Positions 1-12,259 of a stretch of 64,000 nt of DNA are shown here, one piece after another. The stretch is taken from NCBI RefSeq assembly GCF_018350175.1, contig NC_058373.1, forward strand, positions 110,858,001-110,922,000. Reading direction: 5' to 3'. This DNA comes from Felis catus (Eukaryota). The notes beneath the pieces were generated by a model. That model was not told where the DNA came from. It ran no database searches and saw nothing but the letters and a program-made list of their open reading frames with translations. A program made the position numbers and the translations under genes. How positions within the stretch are numbered: position 1 is the first letter of the stretch; each line of letters starts with the position of its first letter.

Positions 1-296
1 ATGGGGCCCTTCTAAGCACAGGTCCTGTATGAATGCACAGGTTGCATGTTCTTGAAGCTGGCCTTGACTAGGGCCCTAGGTGACTTTAATATAGATAGCC
101 CTAGGGCCACTCTTTGAGGAACCCTGCCCTAGACTGTGCAAATTAAAAGATGACTTTGTAGATTCAGGGTTAAAAAAAAAAAAAAAAAGAAAAAAGAGAA
201 TTGTAGAACCAAAGATTCTAGAAGATGACCTATGCTATCAAATACCCAGAGTTTCCCTCATGAAATTCCAGACTCCCAACTTGGAATCCTGTGGAC

Positions 297-420
297 TTTT
301 TTTTTTTTTAAGTTTATTTACTTATTTTTTAGTAATCTCTACACCCAACGTGGGGCTCAAACCCCTGACTCTGAGATCAAGAGCAGCACACTCCTCTGAC
401 TGAGCCAGCCTGGTGTACTC
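297..420 (-). mobile_element. Short Can-SINE (type lacking the CT tract)
   Basis: Poly-T tail then tRNA-like head in reverse; TSD CCTGTGGACTT at 288-298 and 421-431. Confidence 0.85.
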
Positions 421-495
421 CCTGTGGACTTCCTAGGGCACTTTGATCTTAGAATGGAATCTCCTGCAAAGTGACCTGCCTTGCTGCAGCCTCAC

Positions 496-586
496 CTCTT
501 GGCAGTTCTGGAGGAAGTTCTGGAGCTCCAAGTTGTCTCTCAGAGTTGCTGAGGCCTCCTGAGCCTTCTCCTTGTTTTTCCTGTGC
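496..586 (-). CDS. SPTB: SPTB coding exon 17 (91 nt)
   Basis: [30 protein letters not shown]; translated by hand; donor GAG|GTGAGG. Confidence 0.95.
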
Positions 587-698
587 CTGGAAGGGAAGCC
601 GGATGCTGCGGTTCACAACATGGCTAAGCCTGGGAATCATGCACAACACCACCAGCCCTACCTGGCTCTGGCCTCATGACCTTGGGGGTGGAGAGTAC

Positions 699-901
699 CT
701 GTCCTCAATCAGCTGCACCTTCTCTAGGATCTTGTCTGAGTAGAGGTTTTTGTCAGCTACCAGCTTGTTTCCAGAGTCCACAGGACTCAAGACCTTATCC
801 TGGTTGTTCTCCATAGACATCAAGAAATCCTCAAACTTCCGGATCCCAGCCTCTGCAGCCTCTAGGGAGTCTGGGGGCTCCAAGTGAGCCAGAGTATATT
901 C
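699..901 (-). CDS. SPTB: SPTB coding exon 16 (203 nt)
   Basis: [67 protein letters not shown](R). Confidence 0.96.
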
Positions 902-1328
902 CTGTTGAAGCAAGTTTCCAGATAAGGGATGAAGACAAGCTGAGAGGGCAGTGAGGACACTTGCCAAGCAGTAGCACCGTGTGCAGCCATATAGGCTACA
1001 GCACGAATGGTGACCTGCTGGAGTTGTGCAAGGAAGAGGCAACCCCAGGCTTGGCCCCCGGCACCCGAGGAACAGTGTGCCTAAAGCCACATGGAAGGGT
1101 AATGGCTCAGGGGAAAATTTACAACTCCAGCCTGTAACTGACCCAAGAAGAAGGCAAAGTTTAGGACACAGGGCTGGAAAAGGCACATGATAAGGAACAA
1201 AGAGGATTTCCCCCCAATTGGCCAGAGAGAGTCCCCCAAAATTTGTTCTCTGAGAACATTCACAGACTCACCAGTGCTGTTGCCCTGAGAGATAACCCCA
1301 CTTCCCAATCCTGAATGCCTCCCTCTAC

Positions 1329-2085
1329 CTGATTGCTGAGGATGGCTTCAGCTTGCTTGGCATCTCTCTGGAACTCCTGGAAGCCAAGGCACTGGGCGAG
1401 CGAGTGGTTGCGGCTCTCCCACATCCGGCACAGGGCATCCCAGCCCGCATCCAGGCCCTCCAGCCTCTGGCCCAGAAGCAGATACTCCGGGTCCGTCTGA
1501 TCACGGATCACATTCTCTCCGGATACCCTGACATGCTGGTAGCTCTCTTGGTGCCCATCAATCTCGTCCTTGATGGCCGCATGCTGCTGAAGGAGCTGCT
1601 CGGCCTCCGGGAGGGACTCGGGCATGTCCTCGGAGGCCACGGCCTTCTGGGCCATGGACAGCCAGGACTGGAAGTCATCTAGATTCTGCAGGAAGGCCTG
1701 CAGCTGGCTGGCTTCACCCAGCGAGGCTTCCTGCTCCTGGAGGGCTTCCTGCAGGTCCTTCCACAGCTGCTCCACACATGCCTGCCGCTGGCCAATGTCC
1801 TCTCTCTGCTCGGGGTGAGATGCCATCAGCTGCTGCGACTCACGCTCCAGGGCACCCACGCGGGCCTGGATGGCGGCCACGTCGCGCTCCAACCCCGACA
1901 GCTTCCGCTGGATGGCAATGACGCCTGCCAGGTCCTGGCCCAGGTCCTTTGTGGACCGTACCACGTGCATCTTGTCCTCAATCCACTTGCTAGTCTCTTC
2001 ACAGTCCACACAATAGTTACGCACCCGGAGGGCTGAGTTTACTGCCTCCCGCCTCTCTGACACTACTGTCTGGAATGCCAGCCAC
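1329..2085 (-). CDS. SPTB: SPTB coding exon 15 (757 nt)
   Basis: [38 protein letters not shown]...[15 protein letters not shown]. Confidence 0.97.
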
Positions 2086-2528
2086 CTGCCAAGGGGAACA
2101 CAGAAACCCACTTCCTTAACCCTTCCCACAGGGCATCTCTACCCAGATTCCCAGCAGAGTCTCTCTCCATAGATCTTGCACACCAAAGAAAATCATCTAC
2201 CCAACAAACTGTGATGAGTAAAATTTATTTATCCAATTTTACCCAAGATAATATAGACTGCCAATCGGATATTTCCATCAGGAGGAGGCAAGATTCCAAC
2301 CAGAAGTTAAGGAACGACCATGACGCTTAGTTTGGTTATGTAGTTGAATTCTGGGCAAACATATAACCTCCCCAGATTTTTTGAAATGCTGAAAATAATT
2401 AGAAACCTTACATTTATCAACTTAAAGGCAATTTCAGGACACAAGGTGCCAGTGGCCCTAAAGGAACCATACAGATGCCTAAGACCATGTTCACAGTGCC
2501 CAAGGCCTAAAAAGGTCACCTTGTTTCT

Positions 2529-2753
2529 TTTTTTTTTTAATTTTTTTTTTAACGTTTATTTATTTTTGAGACAGAGAGAGACAGAGCAGGAGCAGGGGAG
2601 GGGCAGAGAGAGAGGGAGACACAGAATCTGAAACAGTCTCCAGGCTCTGAGCTGTCAGCACAGAGCCTGACACGGGGCTCGAACTCATGGACCGCGAGAT
2701 CATGACCTGAGCCGAAGTCGGCCGCTTAACCAACTGAGCCACCCAGGCGCCCC
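2529..2753 (-). mobile_element. SINEC_Fc-type Can-SINE
   Basis: GGGGCGCCTGGGTGGCTCAG head on minus strand, CT tract, A tail; 18-bp TSD AAAGGTCACCTTGTTTCT at 2511-2528 and 2754-2771. Confidence 0.93.
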
Positions 2754-2787
2754 AAAGGTCACCTTGTTTCTAAAAGAAAAGAGGCCT

Positions 2788-2933
2788 GGGGTGCCTGGGT
2801 GGCTGGGTCAGTTGAACATCTGACTCTTGATTTCAGCTCAGGCCATGATCCCAGGGTCCACGCTGAGTCAGGCTCCATGCTGGGCATGTAGCATGCTTAA
2901 GATTCTCTCTCCCCCTCTTCCTCTCCCCTTCTC

Positions 2934-3022
<89 letters not shown>

Positions 3023-3030
3023 AGAGAATA
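2788..3030 (+). mobile_element. Can-SINE with expanded (CA)n(CT)n microsatellite at about 2936-3019
   Basis: GGGGTGCCTGGGTGGCT head; TSD-like AAAAG(A/T)GGCCT on both sides. Confidence 0.85.
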
Positions 3031-4121
3031 AAAGTGGCCTTATGGAGGAGGAGGAGGAAGAGGAAGGGAGAAACTGGGATTATAATTGAGAAGTGGATAA
3101 TATAATCTTGACCTTAAGATGCACTGCCAGAATGAAAATGGGAAATATGCAAAGGTCTGGCAGATGTTCTGGAACCTGGGGTTGGTCTGCAGCCCCCAGT
3201 AAGCTTCTTCTAAAGAGCTGGGCATCAGCATGGGCCGGGGCCACCAGAGACCCTTTCCTTGGACCCAAGTTTACTCATTCTGAGTAATATGTAATAAGTA
3301 ATATGGAAGCACTTAAGAGTGTGCTGAGTGCTCATTTGCTGAGCTCATCTTTCTTGAATACCCACAGGGTATAATAAGTATTATGTTAGCTGTTGGGAGA
3401 ACATAGTCATAGTCAGAATTCACCTTATGGAGTGTATGATTTAGAGAGAAATTAAGACAAGCTCACAAAATAACTGGTATAAAGTACTATGTACACCAGG
3501 CAGAGAGAACTAAGGACACTGTGAGGGTGATGGGGGTGATGGGGGCAGGTTTTGTGGTGGACATCAGAGTTGAATCCCAATAAGCAGCTCTCCAGTACCA
3601 CCACTGTACTGATCTATCTAAGGATTGGGTCCTGAGTATCTTACTCCTCTTTGTACCCTCAGAACCTGGAAGGAGGCTGAGCAACGAGGCAAATGGCCTG
3701 GGGAGAGGGCAAGGTGGGTACTGCCAAGGTGTGACAACAGCTGCTAAAGAGGGGTGAGAGGTCTGCAAAGAGAAGTGGGAGATAGGCTAGGAGGAACTGG
3801 GAATACCAGGACAGAGAAGAGCAAGAGCCCAAAGATTTTGCAGTTTCTCTCCTAGACAGAGAAGTCCCTGATTCCTGGGAAATTCTGTGCCTCCATGCAA
3901 GAAGCTCTGTGGTGATTTTCTAGGCCTTTCCTGGTGTGGCCTCACCACAGCCACCAGCAGAGACCACAGAGAAGATGGGCTGGGAATTAAGTCTAGTTGC
4001 TCCTGCTGCACTGTCTCTAAGATGGAAGAAGCTGACAGAACCACTCCAGTCAGCCCTGGTGAGGCCAGTCAGAAGTTCAGGTTTGGTCCTGGGCCAAGAT
4101 CATTAAAAAAAAAATGGAATT

Positions 4122-4320
4122 GGGGTGTGTAGATGGCTCAGTCCATTAAGCCTCCAACTTTGGCTCAGGTCATGATCTTGCAGTTCATGGGTTTGAGCCC
4201 CACACTATGCTCTGTGCTGACAGCTCAGAGCCTGGAGTCTGCCTCAGATTCTGTGTCTTCCTCTCTGCCCCTCCCCAGCTCGCTCTCGCTTTCTCTCTCA
4301 AAAATAAACATTAAAAAAAA
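4122..4320 (+). mobile_element. Can-SINE
   Basis: tRNA-like head, CT tract, AATAAA-A tail; TSD AAAAAAAATGGAAT. Confidence 0.88.
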
Positions 4321-4421
4321 TGGAATGTATACAGCGTATGAAGGTAATCACTTATTCAGTAAGTGCTTGAATGACTCATATGGGCCAAGCCTGGCAGAAG
4401 AGATTTCAGTTGTGTCCCTGT

Positions 4422-4700
4422 TCACTCATTCACTAAATATTTATCATGCAACTGTCATGTGCCTTTTGCCAGGCACTGTTCTAGGCTCTAGGGATGTAGC
4501 AATGAACAAAGCAAAGTACTTGCTCTCATTTGAATGAGCAGAGACAGATAAGTAAGTCCATAATTCATCAAGTGGTGATAGGTACAATGAAAAAGTAAAG
4601 CAACATAATGAGATAGAGGCAGAGGGGCTGGGTAGGAAGTAGGTAGCGATGTTTTCAACTGGGTGGTCAGTGAAGGTTGTTCCAATAAGCTGAGTCTGAA
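4422..4700 (-). mobile_element. L2 3' fragment
   Basis: CATTCACTAAATATTTAT...GCCAGGCACTGTTCTAGG...GCAATGAACAA resembles an antisense L2 3' end. Confidence 0.55.
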
Positions 4701-4717
4701 TAATATAAGGGAGTAAG

Positions 4718-4719
<2 letters not shown>

Positions 4720-4753
<34 letters not shown>

Positions 4754-4773
4754 ACGCGCGCGTGTGTGTGTAT
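4720..4773. repeat. (TG)n-(CG)n-(TG)n alternating purine-pyrimidine microsatellite
   Basis: Read directly. Confidence 0.95.
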
Positions 4774-4929
4774 GTGGATTTTTGGGCCTTAAATACATAA
4801 GGCTTTGCTTTGACATTATTATCATGGTAAGTCCTTCTATCAAAGAATATGGCATACTTCTCTTCTTTTTCAAGTTTTGTTCTGCTTCCTTCACATTCAC
4901 TTTGCCTATTTCTTGTCATTTTATTCTTT

Positions 4930-5182
4930 ACTTTTTTATTTTTTTAACATTTATTCATTTTCTTAAAATAATTTTTTTGTTAATGTTTTTGCTATTTTTG
5001 AGAGACAGAGACAGAGTACAAGTGGGGGAGGGGCAGAGAGAGAGGGAGACACAGAATCTGAAGCAGGCTCCAAGCTCTGAGCTTTCAGCACAGATCCCAA
5101 AGCACAGCTCAAACCCACAAACCGTGAGATCATGACCTGAGCCAAAGTCGGACACTTAACCAACTGAGCCACCCAAGCATCC
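4930..5182 (-). mobile_element. Can-SINE
   Basis: Reverse head and GAGA tract, extended T-rich tail. Confidence 0.88.
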
Positions 5183-5189
5183 TGTTACT

Positions 5190-5770
5190 TATTTTTTTCT
5201 AAATATAATTTATTGTCAAGTTAGCTAACATACAGAGTATACAATGTGCTCTTGGTTTTGGGAGTAGATTCCCATGATTCATAACTTGCATACAACACCC
5301 AGTGCTCATTCCAACAAGTGCCCTCCTCAATACCCATCACCTATTTTCCCCTCCCCCCACCCCCTTCAACCCTCAATTTATTCTCTGTATTTCAGAGTCT
5401 CTTATGGTTTGCCTCACTCTCTGTTTGAAACTATTTTTCCCCCTTTCCCTTCCCCCTGGTCTTCTGTTAAGTTTCTCAAACTCCACATATGAGTGAAAAC
5501 ATAGGATATCTTTCTCTGACTTATTTCACTTAGCATAATACCCTCCAGTTCCATCCATGTTGTTACAAATGGCACGATTTCATTCTTTCTCATTGCCAAG
5601 TAGCATTCCATTGTATATATAAACCACATCTTCTTTAGCCATTCATCAGTTGATGGATATTTGGGCTTTTTCCATAATTTGGCTATTATTGACAGTGCTG
5701 TTATAAACATTGGGGTACATGTGCCCCTATGCATCAGCACTCCTGTATCCTTTGGATAAACTCCTAGTAG
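5190..5770 (-). mobile_element. Carnivore L1, 5'-truncated 3' end (ORF2 C-terminus plus 3'UTR)
   Basis: Translation LLGVYPKDTGVLMHRGTCTPMFITALSIIAKLWKKPKYPSTDEW...WMELEGIMLSEISQ is L1 ORF2 C-terminal sequence. Confidence 0.92.
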
Positions 5771-6572
5771 TGGCCAAGTGGATATTTGGAAAGAGAATAT
5801 TCCAAACAGAGGAAAGCTCAACTATATGCTTGGTGCTCAAAGCACTGTGGGCAGTAAAGATACTGCTCTTCATTTGCTTCTAGTCTAGCAGGAAAGTTCT
5901 TCAGGATAAAAGTAATTATAATGAAAGGTAGACTATAAAGCTCTGAACCAGTACAAAGGAGGGAAAGAACGGTTTTCATCTTGGACACTGGGAAAAAGAG
6001 GCACCTGAACTGGTCTAAAGGATGGGCCTGATTTGGAATGTAGAGTTGGACGAGAATGCTCTCTGGTAGGGAGAATGGCAGTGGCATGGGGGTAGGCTGT
6101 GGGCAGAGGCGAAGAATCACAGTTTAAAAAAATACATATTTGAAGAGCTATCATGTGAAAGAAGACTCATAATAAGTTTTTATTTCTCTAAAGGGCAGGG
6201 CCAGAACCAAGGTCTACAAATTTCAAGGAAGGAGATTTCCATTCACTAGGAGGTCAGACCTTCTAACCAAGGGAGTTGCCTCCAAATGGGGTGGGCTGCA
6301 TGGTGAAGGGGTGAGCTACCCACCCCCGTAAGTGTCTGTACAAGAACAGCGGTCTGGAGTAGTCAGCCAGATTAGATGACTTCGCAGGTACGTTTCAACT
6401 CTCAGATTTAACGAGAAAACCATCTTACCATTTCACGCCTCAAGTTTTCTCTCACCTAAGGATGGCAAGTGCCTTGACGTATTTCACTTAGGATGGTTCA
6501 CAGCTTCAGGATTTATGAAGATCATTCTCATGAAGGCAACAGATACATAACTGACAAGTTCTTCCTGTCTTG

Positions 6573-6615
6573 CACGCACGCACACACACACCCACACACT
6601 TGTACACACACTCTA

Positions 6616-6697
<82 letters not shown>
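6573..6697. repeat. Compound (CA)n/(CT)n microsatellite
   Basis: Read directly. Confidence 0.92.
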
Positions 6698-6701
<4 letters not shown>

Positions 6702-6885
6702 CATTATGTCCAAGCCTAAAGAAGATCAAAAAGTCATCTTCCTCCTCTGCACAAACTTCACATTACAGAGGAATCTCCTGACCTCAGTCTCTGTCATTAT
6801 AATCGGTCCTGTTCTAGTGACTCTGAAGTATCTCTGTCACCCTCCGCCTCCCACTGGGCCCCCACCAGAGTCTCTATTAGGCTGA

Positions 6886-6888
<3 letters not shown>

Positions 6889-6923
<35 letters not shown>
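6889..6923. repeat. T35 homopolymer
   Basis: Read directly. Confidence 0.95.
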
Positions 6924-6925
<2 letters not shown>

Positions 6926-7622
6926 TACAACGGGGTCTTACCTAACTCCACCTCCCAGATTGCTTCAGGCAGAGCAAAGCCCCGACATAAGTGTGGGGAA
7001 AGGAACTGGGGCAACAGGGAGGTGGTAAACATGTGGTATTGTGTGTGCAGGGCCCAAGGTAACAAAGGGAACACAGGCGTGTGCTATCCTCAGAGATCCT
7101 TGAGGAACTCATGGCAATTATGCCTTGGACAGAAAGCACCCCCTCTCTAAAGGTTCCTTAGGGGCTGTTTTTTGTTCCAGCCACAAAGCGAGCTCAAGGC
7201 TTCCTGCTAATTCTCCTGCTCATTCAAGCCAGCCTCATTATTGATGCTGCATTTTGGCACAGGCAGGAGCTCTCTTTTATGGACAGTACTTAAGAGCTCT
7301 CAGAAAGCAATTTTTCCTGCCTACGAATGTCTGGGGAAATGTGGCATGAGTGCCTTATGGCCTGATTCTAACTACAAGTGCGCTCAGAACGTTTCCTCCA
7401 TCACACAGGATACACCCCACCCTGTGTGGTGAGTGCAGCGCTGTTTACCCCTTGTTGCTACAGTCCATGGTCAGAAGGAGACTGTGACTGAGAAAGACAG
7501 GAGCTCTGAGGGTACAAACCCAACAGTGCCTAGCAGGAATCCTGACTTTGGGGCCATACCCCAAGGGTGTGTCAGTGGCCCAGAGAAGATGCCCTCAGCC
7601 CCCAGCCCTACCCACACCCCAC

Positions 7623-7760
7623 CTGCTGTTCAGGTGGTCCTGGTACTGCTTCACTTCCCCACTGCGAGGGTGGCTGCTGTCTACCAGGCTGTTGGCAGCA
7701 AGGTTCACGCCGTCAATCTGTATCATCAACGTCTTCATCTCCTGGTCCAGGATGTCAAAC
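7623..7760 (-). CDS. SPTB: SPTB coding exon 14 (138 nt)
   Basis: [45 protein letters not shown](R). Confidence 0.96.
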
Positions 7761-8855
7761 CTGATAGGGACAGAGAAGATGAGGACTGGGGAGGCAGCCT
7801 GGGCACTTGGCCTACTGCCCTGTCTCTGGAACCTGGAACTCTCACTTTCTCCTTCCATCTCCTAAATACATGTGACCGGGTGAGGGGGCAGAAAGGAAAA
7901 AGTAATGCTGACAGACTCTATTTTCTGATTCATGGGTCCAATTTCATAGTTTGGCATTTCTTGGACCAGGCTAGTAAACAGCTGGTTGCTTACCACATAG
8001 GCCATTGGCTCAATGGAGAGGCAGAGGGGAAAGAAGAGGTGTGTATGTTGGGGTGGGGGTGGGCTTGATCACCTCAAAGAACACCTGCCGTGTCTCCACT
8101 GCCACAGCTGCTACTCTTTGGCCCTAATTCCACTGGCCTTGATACCTTGACCTGAAGGATACCCTCCCCAGCCAGGTGCTCTGTCCCCGGGTAGGAGAAG
8201 GGGGAGCTTCTGGGGGCAGGGTGTAGTTATGCAAGCTGACCCTTCTGGGATAAGAGACCAGGTCTCTCTAGCACCCTGGGCCCACCCCAGCACACTCTAG
8301 GGAGTGACCTCTCCTCCTCAACTCTCTAGTTCTGTACTTAAGACACTTGGAGTGCCGTCCAGACTGGGGGCATGCTCCCCCATGCCCGAGTGCGGATAGA
8401 ATCAGAATACTGGACAGGAGAGTGGCCTTACAGACCAGTAGTTTGCAAACTGGTCCCTGTGGCCATTTGGGGCTCTGTGGCTTAGTGACTGCCAGAGAGA
8501 GCTAGAGGTGGTGAGGCTCCGACTTCTCACCTCCCCCTTAACCAAACAGTTCTACTTTCCTCTGTGTTATATGTCAGAGGTTCTGTATACAATTCATTTG
8601 AACAAAGACTGCTGTGGCCGAAAAGTAATTGAATAACTGGACTAGAAAGATCCCCTGTGTTATTTTAAGGAAGGCCCCAGGGGGCAAAGTACCCAAAGCC
8701 ACAGAGCCTGATTAAAACCCATGACTCTGGTGCATGGCCTGAGCAATTAAGGGTATCCCGTCCCCTCTCAGAGACAGCTCTCCTGATCTAGAGGTTGTTC
8801 CTACAGTGCAGGGCCATAGTGCGGGGACCTGAGGGAGAGAAAGCCAGGCTCTGAC

Positions 8856-9726
8856 CTGTGCTGTGCGACCTCCAGGTCCTCCAGTGTGTCTGGGATTTCC
8901 ATCTGGGCCAGCCACTTTTCCTTCTCACCCATCCACAGCTCACAGGCATCTGTCTCCCCAAACACCGTATACAGGTCCAGGGCATCCTGCAGCCTCTGCC
9001 GACGCAGGTCTGCCTGGGCCACCACCTGCTGGTAGAGCTCCCGAAGGGCCTGCAGCCGGTTGGTCACATCTGGGGAATCCCGAAACTCTTGGGGGAAGTC
9101 CTGGGCCTGCTGTTCCAGATGTTCCATCACCCCGCGGCTCTCCTCCAGCTCCTCCAGGAAGTCCTTATGCTTCTTCCCCAGGGCCCGTGTGGCCCCCTCA
9201 TCCTGTCCCACGTCTTCACCTGAGAGCAGCCGGTGGGCATCTTGCAGCCAGGCCTTTAGGTCGTCAGCATCACCCTGGAACTGGAAGAAGTTCTCAGCAT
9301 CCTGGAGGTTCTTCTTGCGAAATGCAGCCAGCTCCTTCAGCTGGTCCCACTGTGCAGACACCTCCTTGATTCGGGCCTCAATCTGTGGGTGCCCAAATTG
9401 CTTACGTGCGACCATGCCCTCTGCCTCCTGGAAGATCTGCTCCAGGTGGGTGTCCAGCCCTCGGAGCTCATCCTCAAAGGCCTTGTGCTTGCGCTGAAGG
9501 ATGAGCACACTCGTCAGGTCTTTGCCATAGTCCAGGGAAGAGTAGATCTGCTCCTTCTCCTTGATCCAGCTCTCGGCCTCGTCCATCTCCCAGAAGAACT
9601 TCCAGAGCCGTTTGGACTGCTCCAACTGGGCCTTCCGTCCAGCTGCCATGTTGCTCAGCTCCTCAAAGCACTGCTCCAGGTGGCTGATACGGTCCTGGAT
9701 AACCTGGGGGTCGCAAGGCTGGTATC
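8856..9726 (-). CDS. SPTB: SPTB coding exon 13 (871 nt)
   Basis: (G)[31 protein letters not shown]...[11 protein letters not shown](R); spectrin repeats with conserved Trp; donor GTCAGA. Confidence 0.97.
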
Positions 9727-10327
9727 CTGGGAGGAATGAAAGAAGGGAAGGCAAAAGAGGTAAGGGTTTTGTTTGTGGGCAAGCCTTGGATCAGTTGCCA
9801 GGCTAGAACCACACAATCTAGAACCTGCCATCTCACTGGGGCTTTGGAAGTGGACACAGAGTTCCCAGTTGCTCAGAGGACAGGCCAAGTTCTTTATAAT
9901 TAGTTCCCATTAACAATTCAGGAATAAGGTGGGTCGGCTCTTGGTAGAAACGCGTAACACGAAATTCTTTTTTAAAAGGCCCAGGCACAGATTTCAAGAT
10001 GATTCTTCAAGGAGGCATCAGGATCTTTAAGACCCAAAGCTATAATTCTAAATGGTCTCTGCTGTATCTTGAACTAGCAGAGTGAATGGAAGGCAGATGA
10101 TGCCTTACTGGTGCTTAGGAACACCTTCTGATTCTAGATTACTGAAGCAGTTGCCTGCTATCTGGAGAATTTTGCTCTCCTTCAAGCTTCTCCTTTGCAC
10201 CTTAGTTGATGAAAGAAGCAGAATTCTAAAGCTGGAGGATTTATCCAAGTTGAGGTGCTAGAACGCTGGGCCAGAGCATAGGGCTCTGGCTTCAGAGATC
10301 TCAACAGGGAGACATCCGTGGCCTCAC

Positions 10328-10478
10328 CTTTCCCCTCAGTGAACTGCAGGGTGGCCGCAGTGATGGCCTTCACTTTGTCCCCTTGGATGGCGATGTCAGC
10401 TTCCATCAACTTGTGCTTCTGTAGCAAGTCCTCGACCTCCAACAAATGCTTCCCAAACTCAGCAGACAAGAGGTGAGC
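10328..10478 (-). CDS. SPTB: SPTB coding exon 12 (151 nt)
   Basis: [50 protein letters not shown]. Confidence 0.96.
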
Positions 10479-10674
10479 CTGGCAAAGAGGACAGACCGGG
10501 TAGAGGGGAAAAGGAGAGGTGAAGTCACATACCTGCTAGGAGAAGAGACCCCTCCAAAGGAAGCATCCATGGTATGGGGGCCTGGGAGTCAGATGCAGCT
10601 GGAAGATGCTTGCTGCTCAGCATGGAAGCTATAGAGGACTTCCTAGTGGGAGTGCCTTTCAGAATCATGCATGG

Positions 10675-10802
10675 AACGGTTTTCAGAAGCTCAAGCCCCA
10701 CACTTGATCTCCTGCATCTGTCTCAAGGTTTGGGGCCTGGGCATGTGTATTTTTAGAAAGCTCCATGGTTGGTCTGATGTGCATCCTCAGCGAGACCCAC
10801 TG
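10675..10802. mobile_element. MER5-like hAT-Charlie DNA transposon remnant
   Basis: GGGGCCTGGGCATGTGTATTTTTAGAAAGCTCC...TCTGATGTGCA...GAGACCCACTG resembles the MER5A end. Confidence 0.55.
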
Positions 10803-11215
10803 CAGTGGAGGGAGAGGAGAGTCAGACTTCTTGGTTGCTCCTATGCTGGGAAGTCTGGATTCTAACCAGACTCAAACTGGGATTAGTTGGGGCCGGATTC
10901 TCCAAGCTCCTGATTCATGTCTATCACTTCTAGGTCCTGTAGGTTGGCACCTGTGCTACCATAAACCCAAGATGTTTTGATCACCCGAAATACAGTGGAC
11001 CTGGGTTGGTGACTTGTCTGGAGCAGAGGGAGACAAGCAGTTGATAGGTGGATGCAGCCAGACACCATACTGCCTCAGTTTCTCCATTTTGGGCCAGAGG
11101 CATGTTCGGCTGGGAGGCATCTAAGGAAGCACAGCTAACTGAAGGGCCAGTGCTGAGGTAGGGCTGGTGGGGAGGGGTGGGAGGCGGTGGGGGGTGGGCA
11201 GCCTCCGGGGCTCAC

Positions 11216-11518
11216 CTTGATCTCATCCATCCAGTCAATGCTGTGCAGCATGTCCTGGAAGAGCTTCTGCAGGGCCAGGGTTGTCTCCAGTCGCTGGCGC
11301 CGGGCCCTCAGCAGCTCCTGCAGATAGTTCCACAGGCGCAGGATGTTGTCCTTGCGGGCAGTGATGCGCTTCTGGTCATGGTAATTCTCCTTCTCTAGCT
11401 CCTGGGCCAGGTCCTCCAGGGCCCTCACCCGCTCCTCGTAAGCAGCTGTGTCGGTCTCGATGGCTTCATGCTTCTTCTTGGCGGCCTCCACGGCTGCCAG
11501 GTCATACCCAAAGTTGTC
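11216..11518 (-). CDS. SPTB: SPTB coding exon 11 (303 nt)
   Basis: [31 protein letters not shown]...[16 protein letters not shown] flanks. Confidence 0.97.
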
Positions 11519-12259
11519 CTGTCCCGTGCGGAGGAAAGCAGGTGGCTCAGTCAGGCTCCCCTTGGCCAGTCCCCAAGCACAGAGAAATGGCGGGTCCCTT
11601 CAGAACAACTGCTGGATGGGAAAGCCCGTCCGAGGGGTGCATTCTGCTGTTTTTCTCAGCCTATCTTATCAAAGCCAAGTTCCAAAGACTAAATGTCTTA
11701 CAAGAGCCTTTAAAAGAAGCTCATAATTTTATCCACTGTGCCATACACGTGGGTATGCCGTGTCTAAGTGACTGACCAAGCCCTTTTGCAGCCTGCTGGC
11801 ACTCACTGCCCTGCCTTGAATGGACCTGCCCAATTCTGGGCAGGAAGGGGCTGCTTCTATTCTCACTTGGAAGCCATGCAGCTGTAAACAGATGGCTCAC
11901 TCCCATGCTATCTAGGGTGCACGCACACTCTCCAATTCTCTCAGAATGCTGGCTTTCCCCTTCCTGGACATTTGAGTCCAAGCTCTAAATGGAAAGGAAC
12001 AGATGCTCTTATGGAGAATCAGCCCTGGGGTCAATTTTTGGCTAGTGAAATATGACATGATCCCAGAGGTCAGCTTCCACAGAGAGTTCTTCCTCAAACG
12101 TGAATGCCGATTTACCCAGTCATGGGGAGCAGGGCCGCAAGGCCTGTGGAGGGGCTTATCCCACTGCCACTGAGAGGCCAGCTGGGGCTCCAGCCCAGCT
12201 CACCGCTGGGGCTCTGGAAAGCTTCTGCCTCCTGCCATCCCCAGTGTGTCCCCCACTAC

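Noticed and set aside
902..1186. Open frame extending upstream of coding exon 16
   Set aside because: Intronic, not spectrin-like; a canonical acceptor at 902-903 gives the correct phase
6841..6945. Alu-like snippets (CCTCCGCCTCCC; TTTTAGTACAACGGGGTCTTACC)
   Set aside because: Matches are short and discontinuous, no Alu body follows, and the repeat content is feline; treated as coincidence
7433..8068. 211-aa plus-strand ORF
   Set aside because: GTG start, antisense to exon 14 and its introns, no recognisable domain
8368..8387. p53-like element GGGCATGCTC-CCCCATGCCC
   Set aside because: The second half-site fails all three RRR positions, and there is no other support
8858..9806. Several 80-170 aa plus-strand ORFs
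   Set aside because: Antisense shadows of GC-rich coding exon 13 with no recognisable protein features
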